A DNA stretch of 64,000 nucleotides from contig OX597835.1 of the NCBI GenBank assembly GCA_951406725.2, positions 40,238,001 to 40,302,000 on the forward strand, given 5' to 3'. The notes under the pieces are model-generated. The model saw nothing but the letters and a program-made list of their open reading frames with translations. It made no database searches and had not been told where the DNA came from. How positions within the stretch are numbered: the first letter of the stretch is position 1; each line of letters starts with the position of its first letter. This DNA comes from Octopus vulgaris. Its lineage: Eukaryota. Both the position numbers and the translations under genes were made by a program. Positions 52,925-64,000 of the stretch are shown here, in pieces.

Positions 52925-52961
<37 letters not shown>

Positions 52962-53978
52962 CACATATATATGAGTGTTAAGGGAAAACCGATTAAGGAT
53001 ATGTAACAGGATGTACAGAGAAACGACAATGAAATCATCGAATGAGAAGGCAGAACAGCAAACAAATGTATCCAATCCCCCTCCCACTACTCCCACCATA
53101 TCGAGGCCACATGCATAAGTTCAGATGAACCCAAATGCAAGTGCAGATTTCGGTAATATGCACACACACACACACACATACACACACACACACACACCAC
53201 ACGCGCACAAACACACAATCCAGGCTATATATACTCTTACTCTCTTTACTCTTTTACTTGTTTCAGTCATTTGACTGCGGCCATGCTGGAGCACCGCCTT
53301 TAGTCGAGCAAATCGACCCCAGGACTTATTCTTTGTAAGCCTAGTACTTTTTCTATCGGTCTCATTTGCCGAACCGCTAAGTTACGGGGACGTAAACACA
53401 CCAGCATCGGTTGTCAAGCGATGTTGGGGGAACAAATACAGACACAGAAACACACACATATATATGCATATACATATATACGACAGGCTTCTTTCAGTTT
53501 CTGTCTACCAAATCCACTCACAAGGCTTTGGTCAGCCTGAGGCTATAGTAGAAGACACTTGCCCAAGGTGCCACGCAGTGGGATTGAACCCGGAACCATG
53601 TGGTTTGTAAGCAAGCTACTTACCACACAGCTACTCCTGCGCCTATATATTTCCTTGAAAGTAATAATTACTCAACAAGGGGTACTCCACTAGCACCTTC
53701 TACATCTATAAACTATTACTGTTTCTGAAAGCTGTTTTTTCTTATATCTATCACAGACTGCTCAAATCTTACTGCCCTTCCTTCACCTAGATCCTTAGAT
53801 CTTGCAATTACATACATAGGTGCAGGAGTGGCTGTGTGGTAAGTAGCTTGCTTACAAACCACATGGTTCCGGGTTCAGTCCCACTATGTGGCACCTTGGG
53901 CAAGTGTCTTCTACTATAGCCTTGGGCCGACCAAAGCCTTGTGAGTGGATTTGGTAGATGGAAACTGAAACTAGCCCG

Positions 53979-54024
<46 letters not shown>

Positions 54025-54025
54025 G

Positions 54026-54070
<45 letters not shown>

Positions 54071-54419
54071 GTATATATATATATATGTATGTATGTGTGT
54101 GTGGATATGTTTGTGTGTCTGTGTTTGTTCCCTCCAACCGATGCTGGTGTGTTTACATCCCCGTAACTTAGCAGTTCAGCAAAAGAGACCAATAGAATAA
54201 GTACTAGGCTTCCAAAGAATAAGTCCTGGGGTCGATTTGCTCGACTAAAGGTGGTGCTCCAGCAAAGCCACAGTCAAATGACTGAAACAAGTAAAAGAGT
54301 AAATACATATATATATATATATATATATAAACATCACTGAAGTGAACAAGGGTACTAATCAGCACCAATATTGCTGAAAATAAGAGTCAAAACAACTCAA
54401 TAGCCCTCCCTATGCTCAA

Positions 54420-55912
54420 CTCCCTTGAGAGAAAAGTTGGGCATAAGAGGAACCAAATGTAGCATGCAAGAGAGAAGACTACGTTGGTTTGGACATGTGA
54501 TGCATATGAATGAGGACAGCTACATAAAGAAGTGCTGATCAATGAAAGTGGATGCTAGCCGTGGAAGTGGGAGACCCAGGAAGACATGGGATGAAGTGGT
54601 AAAGACAGATTTCAGGAAGTTGGGCCTCACAGAGGAAATGACAATGGACCAAGAAATATGGAGAAGACTCACTCACGTGAGTGAAACTGTGTCCTAGAAT
54701 TGCTGTGAGAGAACTTCTCACACACTCTACCACAACAGACCAAACTACGTCTCTAAATCTCTTCCTCGTATTTCCACTTCATGCGCTGTGCTTATCTCCC
54801 ACTCCCCAATCCTGCCCTCTTGGACTGTGCCATTGTATCATTGCTCTCCACTTGCCCCTGACCTATGTCTTCTACCCACATGCCCTGTCTCACTGTACTA
54901 TTACTATCTGCTAGCCCTTGACTTGTGTGTTCCATGCATATGTAACAAGAAATCTTTTCCCTCAACCTACCCCAACAAACTAATCTACACCTCCACATCT
55001 CTTCTCTTTCTCACATATCCTCCTTCATACACTATGCCTAGCTCTCACTCCCTAACCCTGTCCTTGCGACCCTGTTCCTCTGTATCATTGCTTTCTGATA
55101 GCCCCACCCCCGACTCTATATATACCCAGATTTTTCACCACTTACTCTCACTCTTTAATCACACTCCCTTTGCAATTTCCTGCCACTTATATTATGGTAT
55201 TGGAATCTCAAGGCTATGCTCTGGCACTTGCCACCATCTCTACCTCTCTCTTCCTTTACTCAATCATCCCATTTATATTCTGATCCCCGGTCCTTGTGAG
55301 TATGCCTGGCATTTTGCCACCATCTATATCCTGCTGTCTCCCACTCACTCTCTCTCTTTCTCCTGCACTTCCCTCAGGTTGGGTAACTGTATATTTCCTT
55401 TGCGGTAGCACACCTGTTTCTGTCTTCATTCCTGATCTCTCTCTCTCTCTCTCCCCCTCCAGTTGGGTAACCTTGTACTTCCTCTACAGCAAGACACCTG
55501 TATCCGTCTCACTATAACCTTCCATCATCCAACACAAGATCACCTCCTCTCGTGACTCCTCTCCACCCTAAAAGTTTTGTTTTTTGTCTTGCAAGTACTT
55601 GATGACCCTGTCAGTGCAGGTGCCACTTAAAAGCACCCAGTCCACGCTGGGTGCTTTTAAAATGGTTGGTATTGAGAAAGGCATCAAGCTGCAAAAACCT
55701 TGCCAAAACTGACCTTGCCTGTGCTTGTGCCACAAAAAAAAAACAAACATTAAGTCCACTCTGCAGAATGGTTGGTGTTAGGAAAGGCATCCAGCTGTAA
55801 AAATCCTACCAAAACAGTCACAGAAGTCTGGTGCAGGCTTCTGCTTGGTCAGCTCTTGTGAAACCGTCCCACCCATTCCAGTATGGAAGGTGGATGTTAA
55901 ACGATGATGATG
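54420..55912 (+). mobile_element. Older RTE LINE 3' end with long 3'UTR
   Basis: LREKVGH..RRLRWFGHVMHMNEDS..GRPRKTWDEVVK; ends AAACGATGATGATGA. Confidence 0.75.
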
Positions 55913-58900
55913 AGACAGACACACACACATATGTGTATGTGTGTGTGTATCAGATACTGTGAATAGAAATGCATTATGGCATGTGCTGAATTAACTTGGA
56001 TACCCAATAAGTTTGTTTCTACTCTTATACATACAATGGAAGGCAAGGTTTATGATATCGGGAGAATATCGCCTTCTCCCATTATATCTTGTTCTTTGTG
56101 TAGTTCAGGCTCTGGCAGGCAAAGAAAGAAGTCTTTAAGTACAAATGCAATTTACAACCAGTTTATTTACAAGTTTCACAGAACAGGTGAAGTGTGCTGC
56201 TCTCAGCAACCATCTTGAGCTGTTTGCATGGTGTTGTATCTCCATTAGTGTGGGCACATTGCCTCTGGAGGTAGTGGTGGCTGCCCCCTCGTTATCGTGT
56301 ATGGCCATTGCACGAAGCTTAATCAATGTTGTTATCGTGCAATGCCTGTGCAAGAAGATTTTTAAATGAGGAAAGGCTGTGCACTGAGTCAATCCCACTC
56401 ACTAAGCAACAGCAGCCATAATCCGAAAAGAAGAACAAGTCAGCATCATCGGTAACCACTGAGCCGCAGGTTTTATGTCAGAGTTATATCCCAATTACCT
56501 GAGTTACCTTCTCCTAGAAGTATTCCCTAACGAAGGCTAGGAGTCCTTCACTCCCAATGGTTTAACTGCGCAATCGGGTATTCAGTCCGATTATTTCTAT
56601 GTCCCCGTGCATGATACAGCCTTAAGACATTTATTGGATGGCCATTGACTCTCAAGAGTTCCTCCGCCCTTTGACGGGTTTTGTTTTTCATCCCGCAGGG
56701 TGTCCTATAAACACCCTCCTTACCAAGCAAGCTTGGTGGGGTTGCCGGTTTAGTTGCCGACGGCCTGACCATGCGACAGCAAGGCCAAGCTAATGAAGTG
56801 TGCTCAGTAAGCACTGCTGCAAAGGAGTGGAGAGAGAGAATGAATCTGTTTCTGCTTTGCCCTTATATCCAGTTTGCCATCGCAAGCCTTGTTGTGATCT
56901 CACGCATGGCAAATGGATGCAGGTGAGGTCTCGCTCCAGTCTCAGAGATGGCAATGGCTGCCATGAGATCTCATCCAATACAGCGCTGATTGCTTGTGCC
57001 ACAACACACATTTCCTTAATGAAATGAAAGCTTGTGAAAATGATACAAAACAAGGGGCCATGCCAAATATCGACTCTGCATCCTACATTTCTATGTTTTG
57101 CTTTGTTTCACAGCATTAAGGACTTATTCTTTGTAAGCCTAGTACTTTTTCTATCAGTATCTTTTGCCGAACCGCTAGCTTACGGGGATGTAAACACACC
57201 AGTATCGGTTGTCAAGCAGTGTTGGTGGGACAAACACAGACATACACGCACACACATATATATATACATATACATATATTACGTTCTGAGTTCAAATTCT
57301 GCCGAGGTCGACTTTGCCTTTCATCCTTTCGGGGTCGATAAACAAAGTACCAGTTTCGCACTGGGGTCGATGTAATCGACTTAATCCCTTTGTCTGTCCT
57401 TGTTTGTCCCCTCTATGTTTAGTCCCTTGTGGGCAGTAAAGAAATATATATACGACAGGTTTCTTTCAGTTTCCGTTTACCAAATCCACTCACAAGGCTT
57501 TGGTCAGCCCGAGGCTATAGTAGAAGACACTTGCCCAAGGTGCCACGCAGTGGGACTGAACCCGGAACCATGTGGTAGTAAGGAAGCTACTTACCACACA
57601 CCCACTCCTACGCCTATCTCTACTAAAACTGCATCAAAGAGCTTAGCACCCACGTTCACCCACGCTTTCGTTCCATTATGGAAATGTCTAAATACAGACA
57701 AACATATAAGAACTCCCAAGTTTTACAGACAATAGGATGTCCTACCATCTGAAGAATAACACACCCTGAGACACTCTGAGTAGCGTAGGAGTGTTTTATC
57801 CGCTTTGAAGTTCTAAATGAACTTTACGACACATGTAGAGGATACTATCACTCATTTGTTCATTCTGATTGATTCATGCAAAATCATTAATCACGAAAGA
57901 TTGAACTTGAATAAAGTCGACTTGTATTTTGAACCATTTGAAGTTTTCGTTAGTTTTGCTCTAGTTGTGCTGTTGTAATTAACCTCATTACTTTTGTTGC
58001 TGTTATTGCAAACTCTCATGGTTTATTTTCCAGTCATACAAGAAATTCAACAATAAACAAAAACCAAACGGTTTCAGTACAGTTTTAATAGAAAGACTTG
58101 GAAGAAAGAATTAGATGTAAGTTCGCCAATAATTTTCTTTCGTGTAAATAAATATCTGTATTAATTTTAAAATTTGCTAGCAAAACCTTACGAAATGATA
58201 ACTTTCTAAAAGATGTACATGGCTATATGTTATATATGAAAATATGATAAAAAGTCTAATTATAACAAGTGTGAGTGCGCGCGTTTGTGTCTTTGTGTTA
58301 TTTGTGATGCGTATATATTTGTATAGCGTGTATGTGTGAGTGTGGGGGTATATAAACACACACACATATACATAAATACACAGGAAAGCACTCGCATATC
58401 AGTTCGCAATATATATTTACATGTAAGTTTTAGTTTCCTGTCTCGCTCTCTCTCTCTTTCTCTCACCCTCTCTGTGACATGGCCAGAGCCTCAACCACTT
58501 AAGATGACACATTTCGAAATAGACGGAGGTAAAAAAAATTAGGGCTAGAAAACAAACCATGAAATAAAATACTATAAAAACTGATAAAATACTTATGCTA
58601 TCTCTCACAACTCTCCTTTTTCACTTTTGTCCAACACAGACCCACACATATATAAAAATATATTGACAGAGAACGTTACATACATTCACTTCTGGATATA
58701 TAAAACTTGGGTTACCCCCAGTATACGTATATATAAGAGCACAGCATTTTTGTGACTAGCTTGGAAGACAAAATTGTCAATATGTCTTATAATCAAAGGT
58801 AAGATGAGAAAAATTTGTTTTAAAACTTTATTCTTTGTTTTGTTCCGTTTAGAGAGTGACTGTTGCTGCTGTTGTATTTCACTGTCTATTTACATTTGGA

Positions 58901-61900
58901 AATTAAATATTTAGAGATCAAACAATACATTTGATATCTAAATAAATAAGCGATCTGCAACCGTGGGACAATAACGAAGCTTATTTTCTCGCATGTAATA
59001 CTATATTCTTAATAAGACACCTGACAGGTCCGAAGGAGAATGCACACACGCACAAAACAATACTATGCTAAAAATAACAGCTCTTACTGTTGTTTCGGTT
59101 CTTCAACCCTTCAAGTCAGTCCTCCAAAGACATTCTTGCTTTTACCATTCCATCCGTTTAGGAGGACTGACCACATTTTCTCTACTATGTGATTTCAGGG
59201 ACTTTGGCTACTATTTCTAGCAAGCTAAGCAACTACATAGAAGTCTACTTTGTTGACATGATTATTACTGTTTCTACAAACTCCGGTTGCGGACCATCCT
59301 ATCTTTTTATATACTTGTATATTACATTGTTCAATGTTTTCGTTTTTAAATGGGGGTGTGTCGCGGGGGTTAAACATGTCTTAAAATAATTTGGATGCAG
59401 TTTATTTTAAGTTTTATAAATTTATTTATAAAGTTTGTCGACTTGTTTGACAAAAACGTACTCACTGACCAAAACTTTGGTTTTAAATTTTGGCGCAAGG
59501 TCCGCAGTTTGCATGTGGTGGGCTAGTCGATTACATTGACCCCAGGACACCACTGATGCCCATTTTACCGACTCCGTAACGACCTAAGGTCAAGTTGACC
59601 TCAGTGGAATTTGAACCGAGCTCAGAACATAATGGACAGACGAAACGCCGCTAAGGTCCAATGTCTAAATACCTTGGGTTGGGGTTAATATAATAAGGGC
59701 AACGAGGGCGGCAAGCTGGCAGAATCTTTGGCATGCCGAACGAAATGCATAGCGACATTTCTTCCGGTTTTACGATCTAAGTTCAAATGCCGCTGAGGTC
59801 GATTTTGCCTTTCATCCTTTCGAGGGCGGTAAAATAAATACCATTTGAGCACTGGTAGGGGTCGATGTAAATCAACTTACCCTTCTCCTCAAAATTGCTG
59901 GCTTTGTGCCAAAAAAATTGAAACAGTACTTTAAGGACAACGATGGAATGGAATGGGTTGTTCAAATTATTTTGGGGTAGGTGTGGGGGCAAAATGAGTA
60001 ACCAGAGCAAAAAGACTAGCTTCTGATTTCTTGTTATTTTTTTCACTAGCTGTTTAAAACCATTGCATCATTATTTGTACTGCTGCATCCATCGTCTTTA
60101 GGTCTAAATATTGATCACCATAGTTGTTGTTGCTTAAGTGAGGGAGTTCGAAACACAGTAAGGTGACAGGTGCACTTTTTTCAAGAAATTTTTCCTCAAA
60201 TTTGAACCGATTGTAATTGAGGTTGCTAATAAAATATTTGGATAATATTTGGTATTTAGCAATCAATATTCTTTTGTCTGTTGGATTCCAAATCAATTTT
60301 TCTTCCCACGCAATTGTCTAGTTCGATAAGTTTCAAGTTTTAAAAAATGCCTAAGATGGGGTAAAATGAGTAATGTCTAATTTGTCTTTTGTATGCTCAA
60401 CGGGAACGATGATAATTTTCTGAAATAGTGATCAGATTATATTATAATGCTTTTACTGCATTTAGGTAGTGCCATTTGCTTAAAGATCGCCGTTTTTGTT
60501 TGGTAGTAAAACATTTGTAAAATATATATTTTGTCTCAAAGTCAAAAACGTAGTAAAACACCTTTTTTTCCCACCCCCATTTGTTTTCTCATAACTTCCA
60601 GAAAAATTAGTATTGTTCGATGGAATTTTCTACAAATACACCTCAGATGGTGTAATTCTAATCATAATGGAATCTGTTGTGAAGAAAAAAATCTATGGGC
60701 GGTATGAGTTTCGGAAAATTCACATGAGTCGGCATTGTTTTTCCCTATCACTTTCATAACAATGGGTACCTTTTAAGGAAATTTTCTACAAATACCTTTC
60801 AGAGTATGTACATAATGATTATATTGGAATTTAAAATGAAAAAAAAAGAGAATAATGGTGAACACAGACATTTATATATTGACACAAATCACAATTTTTT
60901 TCGAAATTACAAATTTTTTTTTTTACAGATATATGTGGTGTGTGTCAGTATGTATGTGTTCAAATCCACCAATTTTGTTTTCATATCAAATTCTGATATA
61001 ACCGTAATCTACACACATTGAAAGGAATTTGTAGAAACTTGCATTGAAAAATACCCATTTTTCTGAAAGTTATGAGGAAACGAAGCCAAACACGTGTGAA
61101 TTTTCCTAACTCCCACTCCCGGAAAAATTTTTTCACAACAAAAATTTATACCACCTGAAACGTACTTGTGGAAAATTTCGTTAAAAAATATCAATTTTTC
61201 TGTAAATTATGAGGAAACAAAAGTTGGGGAGAGAAAGGTACACTTGTGTAGGCATGCCTTATTTTGGTATATTTAATTACGCTCCTTTATGTTCTAGGTT
61301 CAAACTTCGTCAATTATCAACCTTGACTTTTATTCCTCCTGGGTCTGTAAAATAAAATAAAGGACCAACCAAGTACTGTAGTTCTAAATTTGTGACCTTG
61401 TGCTAATATTAATAATAAATAATAAATGCACCCTTTTAAAGCCTAGCCAGGCTCATGGGCCCGGTTTCCCGGTTTCAGTGGCGTATGTGTTCCCCAGCTG
61501 GATGGGACGCCAGTCCATCGCAGCGTTACTCATGTTTGCAGCTGAGTGAACTGGAGCAACGTGAAATGAAGTGTTTTGCTCAAGAACACAACGCGTCACC
61601 CAGTCCAGGAATCGAAACCACAATCTTATGATCATGATGCTGACATCCTAACCACTAAGCCATGTGCCTCCACTTGTGCTAATTATTGGAAATCAATATA
61701 TAAAACATAGATATTAAAGACTTGTCTAAAAATATGGCTTTAACACCTAAGGTACTCCAACTGTGTCAGTGGATTGTATTCAATAAGTGTAATTCTTTCT
61801 ACTATAGGCACAAGGCCCAAAATTTTGTTGAATATGGGGCTCATTGATTATATTAACCTCAGTACTCAACTGGTACATGTTTCATCAACCCTGAAAGGAT

Positions 61901-62476
61901 GAAGAGTCAGGTCACCCTCAATAGAACTTGAACTCAGAATGTTGAGTTGAGTTGAGACACCCTTCAGTCATGACTGACTATGGTATTGCACCTAGAAAGT
62001 TACCCTCCCAGGCACAAGTCTGAGCAATGTTGTTTATGGAAGACCAGCAGTCACCCATGCATACCGGCCTCCCCTCTCTATGCCACCTGTGTTATCCAAG
62101 GGAAAAGCAAAGGGGCCAATACAGCTTGGTACCTGTGACGTCGCAACTCATTTCAACAGCTGAGTGAACTGGAGCAACGTGAAATAAAGTGCCTTGCTCA
62201 AGTACACAACACGCAGCCCGGTCCGGGATTCCAACTCACAACCTTACGATCGTAAGCTCGACGCTCTAACCACTGAGCCATGTGACTTCACGAACCCAGG
62301 ATGTATGGAATATAAAAATGCCACTAAGCATTTTGTCTAGTGTGCTAATGATTCTGCTGATGCCACTTAAAAGCACCCAGTCCACACTGTAAAGTGGTTG
62401 GCATTTGGAAGGGCATCCAGCTGTAAAAATTATGCCAAAACTGACCTCGCTTGTGCTAGTGCCATGTAAAAAGCAT

Positions 62477-62974
62477 GGATCTTTTCGGTTTGAATGGCAG
62501 TTTTTTTCTAGCGGTGTCATATGAAATTGTCACCCATAATTATGGCCCTAGTATATTGCATTTCAATTATGGCCCTAGTATATTGCATTTCAATTATGGC
62601 CCTAGTATATTGCATTTCAATTATGGCCCTAGTATATTGCATATATTGCATTTCAATCTGTTTTAGGGTTAGGGGTGGCTGGGAAGGGTAACCTTTATTT
62701 CTTCAGAAATGTAAATAAACCCAATCTGTTTCTTAAATGAGGGACATATTCATACGGCACAGAATGTTTTCACCTCAATAGACGTAATTGATTGGTTGAA
62801 ATTGCAGAAATTGAAGAAAAAAAACAACAAATATCTTACAAACTATAGAATTTTCTCAATAAAGCCAAGAGGAAAAGATGTATTATAAACACATTCTACC
62901 AGAATACGAAGTTTAAAAGTGTTTAGTTTCGTGGAAATTATGTTAAAAAACTGCCGTTCAAACCGAAAAGATCC
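62477..62974. mobile_element. GGATC-family MITE with an internal 27-bp x4 expansion, inserted in an RTE 3'UTR fragment
   Basis: TIRs; degenerate TSD AAAAGCAT/AGAAGCAC; AATTATGGCCCTAGTATATTGCATTTC repeated. Confidence 0.88.
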
Positions 62975-64000
62975 AGAAGCACTAATTCCACTCTGCAGAG
63001 TTATTGGTGTTAGGAAGGGCATCCAACCATAAAAACCCTGCTGAAACAGACACAGTAGCCTGGGGTAGTCTTCTACCTGGCCAGCTTCTGTCAACCGTCC
63101 TACCCATGCATGCATGGAAGATAGATGTTAAATGATGATTAAATGATGATGATATATGGGCTTCTTTTAGTTTCCAAAGTGTCACACAGTGGGACTGAAT
63201 TGAGGACCCCCTGGGTGGGAAATAAGCTTCTTAGCCAGACAGTGCTTTATGGCATCACCCTAAAATTTATTTCCATTTTCCAATCTGCTGTTGTTCTCAT
63301 CTGTAGTTTGGCTGCCACATTATATCACCATGACCACCACCACCAACACCACGGTCATCACTAACAAATAACTCTGACATGGTAGTGTACACCATGCTTT
63401 TGTGAATTGATTTTGAGTCTGTGTAGTCATGAGCAGACACACCCACACCCCTTAACCCTCCCACTAGTGGCACATCAATTAGGTGACAGATTAAGGGCCA
63501 CAAGCTGGCACTTATTTGCAGCTGAGTAGACTGGAGCATCATGAAGTGCCTTGGTCAATGATGTAGCACACTGCCCAGCCCTGGAATTGAACTTATGACC
63601 TTATGATTAGAAGCCCAACACTTTAACCACATGTGGCTTTACTTGAAAACCCACATTACCAGGAAAATGTGAGTGGCCGTGTGGTAAGTAGCTTGCTAAC
63701 CAACCACGTGGTTCCGGGTTCAGTCCCACTGCGTAGCACCTTGGGCAAGTGTCTTCTGCTATAGCCCCGGGCCGACCAAAGCCTTGTGAGTGGATTTGGT
63801 AGATGGAAACTGAAAGAAGCCCGTCGTATAAATGTATATATATGCATGTGTGTGTTTGTGTGTCTGTGTTCGTACCCCTAGCATTGCTTGACAACCGATG
63901 CTGGTGTGTTTATGTCCCCATCACTTAGCGGTTCGGCAAAAGAGACCGATAGAATAAGTACTGGGCTTACAAAAGAATAAGTCCCGGGGTCGCTTTGCTC

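Noticed and set aside
54788-55408. 206-aa ORF
   Set aside because: Pyrimidine-rich low-complexity stretch inside an RTE 3'UTR.
57750-57810. CTGAAGA followed by a hairpin as another hammerhead
   Set aside because: No GAAA, stem III or cleavage triplet after the stem.
60054-60296. 80-aa minus-strand ORF as a possible exon
   Set aside because: No recognisable motif and no convincing splice sites on either strand.

Overview
Eukaryotic, AT-rich, repeat-dense animal DNA. The SINE, RTE, CR1 and R4/Dong repeats and the microsatellites suggest an octopus genome (inference). The only well-supported host genes are two tandem minus-strand GH29 alpha-L-fucosidases. The first is a complete 8-exon gene (35691->11947; 1455-nt CDS, 484 aa; all introns GT-AG and phase-consistent). 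The second is exon 1 of a paralog (4461->4092) with a 1-nt frameshift; the rest of it probably lies beyond the left edge. The remainder is transposon-derived: tRNA-headed SINE families, LINE fragments, a GGATC-ended MITE family with 8-bp TSDs, piggyBac-type MITEs, a 3.7-kb 26-bp minisatellite grown inside an RTE 3'UTR, and microsatellites. The most notable non-coding signals are several type I hammerhead ribozyme motifs (two with intact cores, at 40242-40370 + and 41327-41409 -), a MITE flanked by a 179-bp direct duplication just upstream of the complete gene, and inverted SINE pairs enclosing exons 2 and 3. Most ORF-track entries are spurious readings of repeats. No prokaryote-type system or CRISPR array is present.
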